The notes: generated by a model not told the origin, from the sequence alone. Positions 42,054 to 53,598 are shown, counted from the first letter of the stretch. The stretch is DNA of 64,000 bases from an uncultured Alphaproteobacteria bacterium (GCA_963799315.1 CAWCWP010000003.1:1828-65827), one strand, 5' to 3'. Numbers and translations: made by a program.

Positions 42054-42084
42054 AAAAAAGCCGGCGCGTCGGGCACCGGCTTTT
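42054..42084 (-). terminator. Intrinsic terminator after rpsT
   Basis: AAAAAAGCCGG..CCGGCTTTT. Confidence 0.75.
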
Positions 42085-42119
42085 CGTCCGCTGTCGCGGC
42101 TTGCGAAGGATCGCGTCGC

Positions 42120-42380
42120 TTACAGGGCGGCGACTCGCTTCGACAGGCGCGACATCTTCCGCGCCACGGTATTCTTGTGCATCACGCCGCGCGCCACGCC
42201 GCGCGCCAGTTCGGGCTGCGCTGCCTTCAGGGCATCGGCGGCAGCGGACTTGTCGCCGCCTTCGATGGCGGTTTCGACCCGCTTCACGAAGCCACGAATG
42301 CGGCTGATGCGCGCGCCGTTGATTTCGGCGCGGCGATCATTGCGGCGGATGCGTTTTTTTGCTTGCGGCGTGTTTGCCAT
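42120..42380 (-). CDS. rpsT: 30S ribosomal protein S20
   Basis: [12 protein letters not shown]...[12 protein letters not shown]. Confidence 0.98.
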   Translation of the reverse strand: MANTPQAKKRIRRNDRRAEINGARISRIRGFVKRVETAIEGGDKSAAADALKAAQPELARGVARGVMHKNTVARKMSRLSKRVAAL

Positions 42381-42543
42381 TGTCTCGTTGCTCCTGCGGC
42401 CACGGCGTCGTCATGCGCCAGACCGGATATATTGTGTCGTCCAGATGGAACGGACGGCCCGAAGACCGCCGGAAAGCGCGCGCATTATGCGCAAACCGGG
42501 ATTCGGTCAAGCAAATGCGCTCCCAAACGCCTGACGACCGGCC

Positions 42544-43358
42544 TCACTTCTGGCAACGCGGACAGAACCATGTGCTGCGCCCGCCCTGCACGATGCGCCG
42601 CACTGTCCCACCGTCTTCGCGGTGGCAGGGCTCGCCCTCGCGGCCATAGGCATCGAAGCGGGTGGCGAAATAGCCCAGCTCGCCGTCGGGGCGGGCATAA
42701 TCGCGCAAGCTGCTGCCGCCGTCCTCTATCGATTCGGCCAGCACGGCACGGATCGCGGGCACCAGCCGCGCCAGCGCCGGTCCGGACACCTTGCCCGCCG
42801 GTTTGCGCGGATGGATGCGCGCCCGCCACAGCGCCTCGCACACATAGATATTGCCCAGCCCCGCTACGATGCGCTGGTCCAGCAGCATCAGCTTGATGGG
42901 CGCAATGCGACCTTTCAGCGCGGCCTTGAGATGGGCCGCATCGAAATCCGGGCCAAGCGGTTCCGGCCCCATCGTCGCGAAGGACGGCCAGTCCGCAAGG
43001 GCGTCGCGCGCGACCAGATCGACCCAGCCGAACCTGCGCGGATCGCACAGGGCGAGGTGGTGGGTGGCGGTTTCCAGCACCAGATGGTCGTGCTTGTCGC
43101 GCGCGTCGGGGTCGATCCGCCAGCGCCCGCTCATGCCGAGATGGAAAATCAGCGTCTGGTCGCGGTCGGTATGGATGAGCCCGAATTTCGCGCGGCGACC
43201 CAGCTCCGTCACCCGCGCACCGGTCAGCATCTGGACAAGGTCGGGCGGGAAGGGGCGGCGCATATCGGGCCGGTTCACGCGCACGCGGTAATCGCCTGCC
43301 CGTCCAGCACACGCGCCAGCCCGCGCACGGTGGTTTCGACTTCGGGAAGTTCGGGCAT
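42544..43358 (-). CDS. mutM: Formamidopyrimidine-DNA glycosylase (frameshift near 43290)
   Basis: MPELPEVET start at 43358, HLGMSG, DPRRFG, GLGNIY, FCPRCQ. Confidence 0.95.
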
Positions 43359-43375
43359 GGTCTTGTTTTCTCGTT

Positions 43376-43606
43376 GACGCTCGGTGCGGCCATCCCGCTC
43401 CCCCTCCCGACCACCCACGGGATTATCCTAAATGGGTGGTCGGGAGGGGGGCGGGAGGCACAGCAAGGGTAGGACGGATGTCCGGAGCGCACCGAACAAA
43501 AACGCGCGGGAAGGCACAGCAAGCGTAGGACGGATGTCCGGAGCGCACTACGGGAAGGCACAGCAAGCGGAGGACGGATGTCCGGAGCGCACCTAACACA
43601 AAACGC
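43376..43606. repeat. Palindromic element copy A with triplicated ~41-bp arm
   Basis: Core CCCCTCCCGACCACCC-ACGGGATTATCCTAAAT-GGGTGGTCGGGAGGGG, then three GGCACAGCAAG.G.AGGACGGATGTCCGGAGCGCAC units. Confidence 0.85.
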
Positions 43607-43648
43607 ACCCCCTTTGCCCGCCTGCGCTTTCGCCGTAAGGCTTCGGGC

Positions 43649-44379
43649 ATGAACGATACAGTCTCCTTTGGATATGAGGACGTAACGCCCGCGCAGAAAA
43701 CCGCGCAGGTCGGCGAGGTGTTCAGCAAGGTCGCGGCGAAATACGACCTGATGAACGATGTTATGTCAGGCGGCATGCACCGCTTCTGGAAAGACCGCTT
43801 CGTGCGCCGGGTGAAACCGCAGCCGGACGAGGCGATTCTCGATATGGCGGGCGGCACGGGCGATATCGCGTTCCGCATGGCAGCACGCGGCGCCAGCGTG
43901 ACGGTGGCCGACATCAATCAGGAAATGCTCGATGTCGGCGTCGAACGGGCGATGGAGCGCGGTATCGACGGGCTGGTCTGGTCGCGGCAGAACGCGGAGA
44001 CGCTCGAGTTATCCAGCGCGCAGTTTCGATGCCTACACGATCGCGTTCGGCATCCGCAACGTGACCGAGATCGACGCCGCGCTGGCCGAGGCCCATCGCG
44101 TGCTGAAGCATGGCGGCCGGTTCTTCTGCCTGGAATTCTCCACGACCAGCTGGCCCGGCTTCAAGGATTTATACGACGCCTATTCGCACAAAGTCATGCC
44201 GCAAATGGGAAAGCTAATCGCGCAGGATGAGGAAAGCTATCGCTACCTCGCCGAATCGATCCGTCGTTTCCCCCCGATGCGCAATTCGCGGCCATGATCG
44301 AAGCTGCCGGCTTTGTCGCGTGAAGGTGGAAGCGATTTTCGGTGGTGCGGTGGCGATCCACTCGGGATGGAAGGTGTGA
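43649..44379 (+). CDS. ubiE: Ubiquinone/menaquinone C-methyltransferase (frameshifted)
   Basis: [46 protein letters not shown]. Confidence 0.93.
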
Positions 44380-44405
44380 GGGACGCGTGCGTCGAGCAAG
44401 GGGTC

Positions 44406-44559
44406 CGCTCGCAGAGGCGCAGAGGCGCAGAGAAGAGGGGGAAGGTTGCACTTGGTGAAGCCGCTCCCAAACTGGAGAGCGGGCATCCGGACCTGAGCCG
44501 TTACATCACGGAGCCTGCGGCGCATTTCGGCCTTCTGCGCTTTTGCGCGTCTGCGAGCG
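44406..44559. mobile_element. MITE-like palindromic element (CGCAGAG type), copy 2
   Basis: CGCTCGCAGAGGCGCAGAGGCGCAGAG ... TTCTGCGCTTTTGCGCGTCTGCGAGCG imperfect inverted repeat inside the ubiE-ubiB operon. Confidence 0.7.
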
Positions 44560-44599
44560 CCCCCCTGACTTTCCCCGATCCCGTCGCCATCCCATGCCG

Positions 44600-46157
44600 A
44601 TGACCCGCCCCGCCACGCATATCTTTCGCCTCTTGCAGCTGGGGCCGCACGCTGGCCCGGCACGGCGCGTTGCGCGGGATAGAAGGCGATCCTAATACGC
44701 CCCGCCCCGTTCGCCGCCTGCTGCGTATCGCCCGCTTCGGCACCCGCCAGCCTGCCGTACCGGACTATGCCGCCGCCTTCCGCGATATCGGCCCTGCTGC
44801 GATCAAGCTGGGGCAGTCGCTCGCCACGCGGCCCGATATCGTCGGCGACGAGGCGACCGGCAATCTGCTGTCGCTGCAGGACGATCTGCCGCCCGTTGGC
44901 TTCGACCGTATCCGCGCGGTTATCGAAACCAGCTTTGGGCGTCCATTCGATACGCTGTTCGCGCATTTCGACGAGACGCCGGTGGGCGCGGCGTCTATCG
45001 CGCAGGTCCACCGTGCCACCACCACCGACGGGCGCGATGTTGCGGTGAAGGTGCTGCGCCCCGCCATCCGCGAGAAATTCGCGCGCGATCTCAAGACCTA
45101 TCACTGGGCCGCCGCGCATCTGGAGGCGATGGGCGGCGAGGCCCAGCGCCTGCGCCCGCGCCTGACCATCGCCAATTTCGAACGCTGGACCAATCGCGAG
45201 CTGGACCTGCGGCGCGAGGCAGCGTCGGCCAGCGAATTGGCCGAGGCAATGCGCGCGGTCGAGGGCTTCGACATTCCCGATATCGACTGGGACCGGACCA
45301 ATGGCCGCGTCATGACCGTGGATTGGGTCGACGGCGTCAAGATCAGCAACCGCGAAGCCCTGCTGGCGGCGGGTCACGACCTGCCCGACCTGGCGCAGCG
45401 GCTGGTGCTGGCGTTCCTGCGGCAGGCGATCAGCGCCGGGTTTTTCCATGCCGACATGCACCAGGGCAATCTGTTCGTGCGCGCGGACGGCACCATCGTC
45501 GCCATCGATTTCGGCATCATGGGCCGCATCGACCGGCAGGCACGCGCTTGGCTGGCGGAGATCCTCTATGGCCTGACCACCGGCAATTACCGGCGCGTGG
45601 CGGAAATCCATTTCGAAGCGCGCTACGTGCCCAGCTATCATTCGGTCGACGAATTCGCGACGGCCTTGCGCGCCGTGGGCGAGCCGATGCGCGGCAAGCC
45701 GGTCAGCGAGCTGTCGGTCGGGCAGATGCTCGACGGGCTGTTCGCCATCACCCGCGATTTCGATATGCAGACGCAGCCGCACCTGCTGCTGTTGCAGAAG
45801 ACGATGGTGATGGTCGAGGGCATTGCCACGTCGCTCGATCCCGAAATCAACATGTGGGACGTGGGCGCGCCCTATATCCGCGAATGGATTCGCGACGAGC
45901 TGGGGCCGGAATCCGCCATCGCTGAACGGATCAAGGCCGATACCGACACGCTGCTGCGCCTGCCCGGCCTGATCCGCCGTATCGAGGACCAGTTCCCGGC
46001 AAAGGGCGGCGCGCCCGAACCGCCGCCGCTGCCCAAGATCGAGTTGATGTGGGAACGCCGCAAGCGCGAGGGACGCGGCGTGTTCGGCTATCTGCTGGCC
46101 GGTGCAGCGGGCGCAGCGATAGCGGGCGGCGCGGCGCTGATGGGCTGGCTGGGGTAG
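44600..46157 (+). CDS. ubiB: Ubiquinone biosynthesis kinase-like protein UbiB (frameshift near start)
   Basis: IKLGQ, ASIAQVH, VAVKVLRP, FFHADMHQGN, IDFGIMG. Confidence 0.95.
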
Positions 46158-46165
46158 GCCTTGAC

Positions 46166-46553
46166 CTAAACCGCAGTTTTGCGCGGCAGGCGCGACCAGG
46201 CGATCAGGCAGGCGGCAACGGTCATCGCCTCCATCGCCATGCCGGTCCAGAACAGCGGGACCGTGCCGTCCGCCACGATGCTGACTGCGCGCCCGACAAA
46301 GCGCGATGGCGAACAGCGCGGCCGGTACCAGCAGGATTGCGCCGTTCCTGCGCCACGTACCCAGCATGATGCAGCCGCCGCCGACTACGAAAAACGCGGT
46401 GAAATCGGCGCGCAGGGTAGCCAGCCCGCTGCTGTCGGTGGCGGTCAGGCCGAACCCGGCGGCGCTGCTGGCGGGATTGATCAGGAACCCGATGCCGATG
46501 ACGGCAAACAGCAGTCCCAGCAGGAACAGGGCGGCGGTCAGGATCAGGCGCAT
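46166..46553 (-). CDS. DUF4345-like membrane protein (frameshifted)
   Basis: MRLILTAALFLLG..LRADFTAFF; hydrophobic helices; GGAG RBS. Confidence 0.7.
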
Positions 46554-46714
46554 GATATTCTCCGGTGAAACGCGGGATGGTCTAGACGCCGCTAACCCTG
46601 TCTGGGAACCGAAAAGGTAACTACGAACGCGCCACCACGGGGCTGGCAGGTGAGGGCGTGTGACGCTACGCTGCCCGTTATCGTGCCGTCCGAACACAGG
46701 AACACCTCCACCCG

Positions 46715-48344
46715 ATGACCGAGAACGCCTGCGCATATTGCTGATCGTGGGTGGCGGTATCGCGGCGTATAAATCGTGCGAGCTGGTGCGGCTTGTCCGG
46801 CGGGGCGGGGCGGAGGTGACGTGCGTGGTGACGCAGGGCGGGCAGCAGTTCGTCACGCCGATGTCGCTCGCCGCGCTGAGCGAAAACCCCGTTTACACTA
46901 CGCTGTGGGATCTGAAGAACGAAGCGGAAATGGGGCATATCCAGCTGAGCCGCGAGGCCGACCTGGTGGTGGTCTGCCCGGCGACGGCGAACATGCTGGC
47001 CAAGATGACGGCGGGCATCGCGGACGATCTGGCGACGACGCTGATCCTGGCGACCGACAAGCCGGTGATGGTGGTGCCCGCGATGAATGTGCGGATGTGG
47101 CAGCACGCCGCGACGCAGCGCAATGTCGAATGGCTGCGCCATGCGGGCGTCGATGTGATCGACCCCGATGTCGGCGCGATGGCATGCGGCGAATTCGGCC
47201 CCGGTCGCTTGCCCGACCCCGAAATCATTTGGGCGGAAATTGCCGCGCGGTTCGGGCTGGTCGCGGATTGTGCGCCCGAAGAGTTGCCCGAAGAGTTGCC
47301 CGAAGAGTTGGGCGACAGGCGAAGAGCTGCCCGAAGAGCTGCATAATGACGACGCGGCAACACCCGCCCCTGCCAAGGGTGGCTTGGGCAGTCTGTTGTC
47401 CTCGCTGATCGCGCGCACCGCGCCAAAGGACGAAACAGACGATGCCGCTGCCGAAGAAAAGTCGGACGGCCCCATTCTGGCGGGGAAGGGCAGGGCATTC
47501 TCCGCACCGCCGACGGACCGCGATGCGCTGAACCATACCGTGGTGACGGGCGCGGGGGCTGCGCTGCCCGAAGCGGCGGGGGCCGAACCGGACATCGTTG
47601 ACGATTTCGATCCGCTGGCAGGGCAGCCGGATTTCGAGACCGATATCGAGCATCGCCCGCTTTACGGCCGCCATGTGCTGGTGACGGCGGGGCCGACGCG
47701 CGAGCCGATCGACCCGGTCCGCTACCTCGCCAACCGGTCGAGCGGGAAGCAGGGTTTTGCCATTGCCGCAGCTGCTGCGGCGCAGGGCGCGCGGGTGACG
47801 TCTGGTGGCGGGACCGGTCGCACTGGCGACACCGCCGGGCGTGGACCGCGTCGATGTGGAGTCCGCACGCGAAATGGCGGCGGCGGTGAAAGAGGCGCTG
47901 CCCGCCGATATCGCCATCATGGCGGCGGCGGTGTCGGACTGGCGCAGCAAGGATTACGCCGACACGAAGATGAAGAAACGCGGCTCCGCCCCGCCTGCGC
48001 TGATGCTGGCGGAAAATCCCGATATCCTCGCCACTGTCGCCAGCGGCAACCAGCGCCCGACGCTGCTGATCGGGTTCGCCGCCGAAACCGATGATCTCAT
48101 CGCCAATGCGAAGACCAAGCGCACGCGCAAGGGTGTGGACTGGATCGTCGCGAACGATGTCTCCGGCCCGCCGGGCGACAGCGTGATGGGCGGCAACACC
48201 AACACCGTGCATATCGTATCGGAGAAGCGGGTGGAACGCCTCGACACCATGCCCAAACAGGCGGTCGCGCGCGAACTGGTCACGCGGGCGGCGGCAGCGC
48301 TGGTGGAGATGCGCGAGAATGCGGGGTTTGCAGATGATGACTGA
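46715..48344 (+). CDS. coaBC: Bifunctional CoaBC with long acidic linker (frameshifted)
   Basis: [57 protein letters not shown]. Confidence 0.93.
47275..47340 (+). repeat. 12-bp coding tandem repeat (PEEL)n in the CoaBC linker
   Basis: CCCGAAGAGTTG x3 plus two degenerate copies. Confidence 0.8.
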
Positions 48345-48795
48345 AGTGGCCGTGCAGATTACGCGCCTTCCGCATGGCGTGGGGCTGGACCTGCCGCAAT
48401 ACGCGACGTTGGGCGCGGCGGGGATGGATGTGCGCGCGGCGGAGGCCATGACGCTGGCCGCAGGGGAGCGCGCGGCGGTGGCGACCGGTTTTGCCGTCGC
48501 GATACCCGACGGGTTCGAGATACAGGTGCGCCCGCGTTCGGGCCTTGCCTTGAAGCACGGCATTTCGGTGCCCAACGCGCCCGGAACCATCGACAGCGAC
48601 TATCGCGGCGAGCTGAAAGTGATCCTGGTCAATCACGGCACCGAACCGTTCGCCATCGCGCGCGGCGACCGCATCGCGCAGCTGGTGCTGGCACCGGTTA
48701 CGCGGGCGCGCTGGTCCGAAGTTGCGACGCTGGATGATACGGCGCGCGGTGCGGGCGGGTTCGGTTCGACCGGCGGATCGGGCGCGCTGGTATGA
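48337..48795 (+). CDS. dut: dUTP diphosphatase
   Basis: [37 protein letters not shown]. Confidence 0.97.
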   Translation: MTEVAVQITRLPHGVGLDLPQYATLGAAGMDVRAAEAMTLAAGERAAVATGFAVAIPDGFEIQVRPRSGLALKHGISVPNAPGTIDSDYRGELKVILVNHGTEPFAIARGDRIAQLVLAPVTRARWSEVATLDDTARGAGGFGSTGGSGALV

Positions 48796-49121
48796 GCGGG
48801 CTTTTGAGCCTTGGCCCCGGCCTGCTGGTGCTGGCCTTTCTGGTGCTGGCGGTGTGGGTGGTGGTGCTGGTGATGCTGGCCGGCTGGATCATGCTGTTCC
48901 TGCGCCGCCGCCACGGCTGGGCGCTGTTCGACTGGCGCACCATCGGCATCCCGTTCGTCGGCCTGATCGCTGCGATCCAGCTCGGCAATTACCTGCTCGA
49001 CCTGCTGGGCAGCGCGGTGGACGGCGGCGGCGCGGTCGAACTGGCGTTTCCGAGCGCCTTCCTGATCGGCTCGGTTGCCATCGGCGTCGGCATCGCCGCC
49101 GTCAGGGCACGCGGCGGGTAG
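48792..49121 (+). CDS. Hypothetical membrane protein
   Basis: Three hydrophobic segments; ATGA overlap with dut. Confidence 0.7.
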   Translation: MSGLLSLGPGLLVLAFLVLAVWVVVLVMLAGWIMLFLRRRHGWALFDWRTIGIPFVGLIAAIQLGNYLLDLLGSAVDGGGAVELAFPSAFLIGSVAIGVGIAAVRARGG

Positions 49122-49124
49122 GCG

Positions 49125-49973
49125 CTATTCGGCAATTCGCCATTGGAACATGGTCGAGAACTGCGCTTCGACCAGGTCGCCCTCTGCATTCGTGGCCGGA
49201 TCGAAACGGGCGCGTTCCGCCACCAGCGCGCAAGTGTAGCTGTCCAGTTCGGCATGGCCGGAGGATCGGGTTACACGGCACGCCCCGGCCCTGCCATCGG
49301 CACCGACTGTAACCGTGAATCCCACTCCTCCTTCGCGCCCCGCACGAATGTCGTCGGAACGATAGTTGTAATAGCTGACCCACCGCTCCGGCGAGATCGG
49401 ACGAACGCCGCGATTTGGCGGGAAGGGGCCTGTCAGGTCGGGTTCCGCGATATGGATATCGGGGTTGGGCTGTACGAGCGGCAGGTCCGTTCCCTTGGCG
49501 AGTTTGATATCGCTCGCGCAATCACGCAGCGCCTCGATTACGACTGCCATTCCGGTAAACGGAATTGCCGCAATTTCGCGGTTTCCGTCCTTCAGGACCA
49601 CATTTTCTTCGCCAGCCAGCGCATCGACGAACGAGGTGGCGCTGGTGCCAACGTAGTAGGTTCGGGAATTTGCGCGATAGAGCGAGAATTCAGCGTCGGC
49701 GAGCCTTGCCGTGGCAGCAATCGGCCGCTCGAACGGATAGTCAGGCTGCGAAGCGAGCTTGGCGTTCTCGGAACCGTCCTGCCCTACCTGAAGGATTGCC
49801 GCCCAGTACCCGTTATCGCTTCTGGCCGAGGTGAGACAGCTCATTCCGTCCCGAAAAATCGGCAAGCTGTTCAGGCTCCGGTCGAATTCCAGCACCCGCG
49901 TTTGCGCCGCCGATGCTTGTGGCGGCGACACGGTCGCCATCAGGCAAATCATTGCAAGCGCTCGCCACATCAT
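49125..49973 (-). CDS. Secreted protein with TonB C-terminal domain
   Basis: Signal peptide; EGGVGFTVTVGADGR..C.VTRSSGHAELD..TC..RFDPA. Confidence 0.8.
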   Translation of the reverse strand: MMWRALAMICLMATVSPPQASAAQTRVLEFDRSLNSLPIFRDGMSCLTSARSDNGYWAAILQVGQDGSENAKLASQPDYPFERPIAATARLADAEFSLYRANSRTYYVGTSATSFVDALAGEENVVLKDGNREIAAIPFTGMAVVIEALRDCASDIKLAKGTDLPLVQPNPDIHIAEPDLTGPFPPNRGVRPISPERWVSYYNYRSDDIRAGREGGVGFTVTVGADGRAGACRVTRSSGHAELDSYTCALVAERARFDPATNAEGDLVEAQFSTMFQWRIAE

Positions 49974-50010
49974 GCGACGATGATATCATGCAAGACCCGA
50001 CAATCCAGCG

Positions 50011-50742
50011 TCAATCGATGCGGCGCACCTTCGTTTCTTCCGGCTTGATCGAGATGCGCAACGTTTCGCCCGAATTGCCGGGGAAGTCGGTGAACATCGC
50101 TTCGACCAGGTTGGGCACGAGATATTGCAGGCGTTTCGATGTGCTCATCGCTTCGGCCTTGCCTTCGAACAGGCGCTGGCCATTGCCCGCGTCGTCGATC
50201 TTGAGGTCGATGCCGCTGGTATAGACCGTCTGGCTGCGGATGCGCGGGCCGCCGAAGAAGGCACTGTTGAAGCCGTAACCCCATGCACCGCCGCCATAGA
50301 AACCACGGCGGAAACCGCGCCGCCCGAACCTGCGGCCATAGCCGATGCGCGAACGGTAGAACGGGCTGTAGCCATAGCCGTACCACGGGCTGAAGAAGGG
50401 ATCGGTGAAGCCGGTATCGCGAATGCGTTCGCGGCCCTTGTCCACGCCGTAATCGAAACGGACCAGTAGGTTCGCGGTTTCGGGCGTTGCCGCCTGGACG
50501 TAGCCAAGCCGCTGCATCTGGCCTTCCACGATGTCGGCATATTGCGCGAATTCCAGCCCGCCCGCCAGCTTGGGATCGTCCGCCACTACGGCGAAGGATT
50601 GCCCTTGCGGTGCTGGCAGCGCGCTTTCGAACCGCTTCACATCGGCGCGGAACGGCGTGGTGCAAGCCGCCAGCGTGCCGACGGCGAGCGAGAGCGTCGC
50701 CAGCTTGGCGATGCGTCCGGTGGAGATTGAAAATACGGTCAT
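50011..50742 (-). CDS. DUF4136 family lipoprotein
   Basis: LAAC lipobox, Gly/Tyr/Arg-rich insert, LFEGKA, AMFTDFPG. Confidence 0.8.
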   Translation of the reverse strand: MTVFSISTGRIAKLATLSLAVGTLAACTTPFRADVKRFESALPAPQGQSFAVVADDPKLAGGLEFAQYADIVEGQMQRLGYVQAATPETANLLVRFDYGVDKGRERIRDTGFTDPFFSPWYGYGYSPFYRSRIGYGRRFGRRGFRRGFYGGGAWGYGFNSAFFGGPRIRSQTVYTSGIDLKIDDAGNGQRLFEGKAEAMSTSKRLQYLVPNLVEAMFTDFPGNSGETLRISIKPEETKVRRID

Positions 50743-50933
50743 GTTTTGCGTCCCTTGCAGGCCCGCCGATGCGCCAAATATTCGCGCAGGCCAGCCACCT
50801 GTTTATACGTCCGCACCGCGCCGGAAGTTACCTCGGCAGCATGGAATGGACGATTGATTGCCGCCTGTATGCACGATCCGGCGTGAACCCGGATTGAATG
50901 GTCCGGCTAACAAAAGCTAGGCAATTACAGTGC

Positions 50934-51950
50934 TTAGCCGCGCACCAAGCCCAATGCGCGATAGGCATCGGCCAGGGTGGGCGCGGCCATATCGCGTGCC
51001 TTCGCGGCCCCGCGCGCAAGGATGGCGTCCAGCGCTTCGCCATCGTCCTTCAGCTCGCGGAAGCGGGCTGAGATCGGCGCGAGCGTTTCGACCAGCACTT
51101 CGCCCAGCGCGGGCTTGAACCGCCCGAACCCTTCGCCGCCATAAGTCGCCAGCACATCGTCGATGCCCTGGTCGGTCACGGCGGCAAAGATGGTCACCAG
51201 GTTGAGCGCTTCGGCCCGACCTTCCAGTCCTTCGGCGTCGCCCGGCAGCGGTTCGGGATCGGTCTTGGCCTTTTTCACCTTTTTCATGATGGTGTCGGGA
51301 TCGTCGGCCAGGTTGATGCGGCTCATGTCGCTGGCATCGGATTTGCCCATTTTCTGCGATCCGTCGCGCAGGCTCATGATGCGGGCGGCGGCGGGGGGCA
51401 CGATGGCTTCGGGCAAAGTGAAGACGGGTGCGGCTTCGTCTGCGAAATCGCCGTTGAATTTCTGCGCGATGTCGCGGGCCAGCTCCAGATGCTGGCGCTG
51501 GTCGTCGCCTACCGGCACATGGGTCGCGTGATACAGCAGCACGTCGGCGGCTTGCAGCACGGGATAGGTGAACAGCGCCGCGCTCGCGCCTTCGCGGTTC
51601 TTGCCGGACTTTTCCTTGAACTGCGTCATGCGGTTGAGCCACCCCATCCGCGCGGTGCCGTTGAGCAGCCACTGCAATTCGGCATGGGCGGGCACTTGCG
51701 CCTGGTTGAACAGGATGGACCGGGCCGGGTCGATCCCGCAGGCGACCAGCACCGCCGTCATCTCGTAAGTGCGCGCGCGCAATTCTTCGGGCGCGTGCGG
51801 CACCGAAATGGCGTGCAAATCGGCCAGGAAGAACAGGCATTCGCTGCCCTCCTCCATGCTGTCCTGCATGCGCGCCCAGTTGCGGATCGCGCCGAGATAA
51901 TTGCCGAGGTGCAGGTTGCCCGAAGGCTTGATACCGGAAACGACGCGCAT
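50934..51950 (-). CDS. trpS: Tryptophanyl-tRNA synthetase
   Basis: SGIKPSGNLHLGNY, YPVLQAAD, VPVGDDQ, KMGKS. Confidence 0.97.
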   Translation of the reverse strand: MRVVSGIKPSGNLHLGNYLGAIRNWARMQDSMEEGSECLFFLADLHAISVPHAPEELRARTYEMTAVLVACGIDPARSILFNQAQVPAHAELQWLLNGTARMGWLNRMTQFKEKSGKNREGASAALFTYPVLQAADVLLYHATHVPVGDDQRQHLELARDIAQKFNGDFADEAAPVFTLPEAIVPPAAARIMSLRDGSQKMGKSDASDMSRINLADDPDTIMKKVKKAKTDPEPLPGDAEGLEGRAEALNLVTIFAAVTDQGIDDVLATYGGEGFGRFKPALGEVLVETLAPISARFRELKDDGEALDAILARGAAKARDMAAPTLADAYRALGLVRG

Positions 51951-51958
51951 GGCTTGTC

Positions 51959-53560
51959 CTACGAGGCTCGCTTTGTAGTGAGCGCGGCGATGCGCTGCCG
52001 GTCGATGGCGCCGGTGGCGAAGGCGACGCCGAAATAGACGATGCCCGCGCATAGCACGAGGACCAGCAACGCGCCCAGTCTTTCAAACAGGCCCGCCGCA
52101 TACCACCCCGCCAACAAGTCGCGCGCGAACCACAGCGCGACGCCCATTGCGGCGGCAGCGACCAGCTGCCGCCCCAGACGCAGCAACAGCGCGCCCGGCA
52201 CGCGGTAATAGTCGCGCCGCACCAGCACCGCATACAGGAAGCCGACATTGATCCACGCGCCCACCACGCTGGCCCATGCCACGCCGACCACGCCGAAGCG
52301 TTGCAGGAAGGCGACGTTGAACGCGACGAACACGGCGAGCGAGATAAAGGCGGCATAGACCGGCGTGCGTGTGTCCGACCGGGCGTAGAAATTGGGCACC
52401 AGCACCTTTACCAGCACATAGGCAGGCAGGCCGACGACCAGCGCGGCCAGCACTTGCCCGGTGGCGGCGGCATCGGCCAGGTCGAACCGCCCGCCCTGGA
52501 AGATCATGGTCACAAATGGCGTCGCGCATAGGGCCAGCGCCACGGCGGCAGGGATGGTCAACAGCATGGCCAGCTCGATCGCGTCGGACTGGATGCGCGC
52601 CGCGCCTTCGCGGTTGTCCGCGCCCACGAAACGCGACAGCGTGGGCAGGATCGCGGTGCTGAGTGCGATGCCGATGATGCCCAGCGGCAACTGGTTCAGC
52701 CGGTCGGCATAGTTCATGTGGCTGACCGAGCCGCTGGCAAGCTGGTTCAGGAAATAGAGCTGGACCAGCGTATTGATCTGGTACGCGCCGCCGCCGATGG
52801 CTGCGGGCAGGGCGATGGTCGCCATGCGCTTGACTTCCGGCGTCAGTTTAGGACGCTGGATGCGCGGGCGGAACCCCTCGACGCGGACCCAGTAATACAG
52901 CCACGCCAACTGCATCACGCCCGCCCCGGTGACTGCCCAAGCGATACCGTAGGCGACCTGTTCTACCGAAGCGCCCGTCGCCGCCATCCAGCGTTCGCCG
53001 CCTAGCAACGCCGCGATCAGCACGATATTGAGGATGATCGGAAAGCTGGCACCGGGCGCAAAGCGGCTGACCGCGTTGAGCATCCCGGTGAACAGCGTCA
53101 CCAGGCTGACCAGCACGATGTAGGGGAACATGATCCGCGCGAAATCGACGGCCATCGCGAATTCCGCCGCGTCGCTGTTGCCGGACTTGTCGGACAGCAG
53201 CCAGATCACGCCCGGCATCGCCAGCATCATCACGGCGCTCAGCACGATCAGCACCGGCAGGAAAACGCCAAGCACATCGTTGCTGAAGCTGCGCGCGCTT
53301 TCCAGCCCCTGCTCCTCGCCCCCTCCAACCTCGCCACTCCCGTGCAAGCGTTTGGAGAACATCGGCACGAAAGCGGCGGAGAACGCGCCTTCGGCAAACA
53401 GGCGGCGGAAGACGTTGGGGATGATGAACGCCTGGAACCAGGCATCGGTCACCGCATTCGCGCCCAGCACCCGGCTGAAGATCATCTCGCGCGCCATACC
53501 GGCGACGCGGCTGACCATCGTCAGCCCGCCGATCGTGCCGACATGCTTGAGGAGGCTCAC
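51959..53560 (-). CDS. murJ: Lipid II flippase MurJ
   Basis: SRVAG..RE, PNVFRRLFAEGAFSAAFVP, YADRLNQLPLG. Confidence 0.97.
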   Translation of the reverse strand: MSLLKHVGTIGGLTMVSRVAGMAREMIFSRVLGANAVTDAWFQAFIIPNVFRRLFAEGAFSAAFVPMFSKRLHGSGEVGGGEEQGLESARSFSNDVLGVFLPVLIVLSAVMMLAMPGVIWLLSDKSGNSDAAEFAMAVDFARIMFPYIVLVSLVTLFTGMLNAVSRFAPGASFPIILNIVLIAALLGGERWMAATGASVEQVAYGIAWAVTGAGVMQLAWLYYWVRVEGFRPRIQRPKLTPEVKRMATIALPAAIGGGAYQINTLVQLYFLNQLASGSVSHMNYADRLNQLPLGIIGIALSTAILPTLSRFVGADNREGAARIQSDAIELAMLLTIPAAVALALCATPFVTMIFQGGRFDLADAAATGQVLAALVVGLPAYVLVKVLVPNFYARSDTRTPVYAAFISLAVFVAFNVAFLQRFGVVGVAWASVVGAWINVGFLYAVLVRRDYYRVPGALLLRLGRQLVAAAAMGVALWFARDLLAGWYAAGLFERLGALLVLVLCAGIVYFGVAFATGAIDRQRIAALTTKRAS

Positions 53561-53598
53561 TGCGGGAGCTTCCTATCTAGCGCGCGTCAGGGCGCGTT

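Noticed and set aside
40154-42119. oriC next to dnaA
   Set aside because: No cluster of TTATCCACA-like boxes seen; alphaproteobacterial origins are often unlinked from dnaA
43452-43606. CRISPR array
   Set aside because: Only three units, spacers of about 15 and 3 nt, no cas genes, and the unit is an arm of an element also found at 56277
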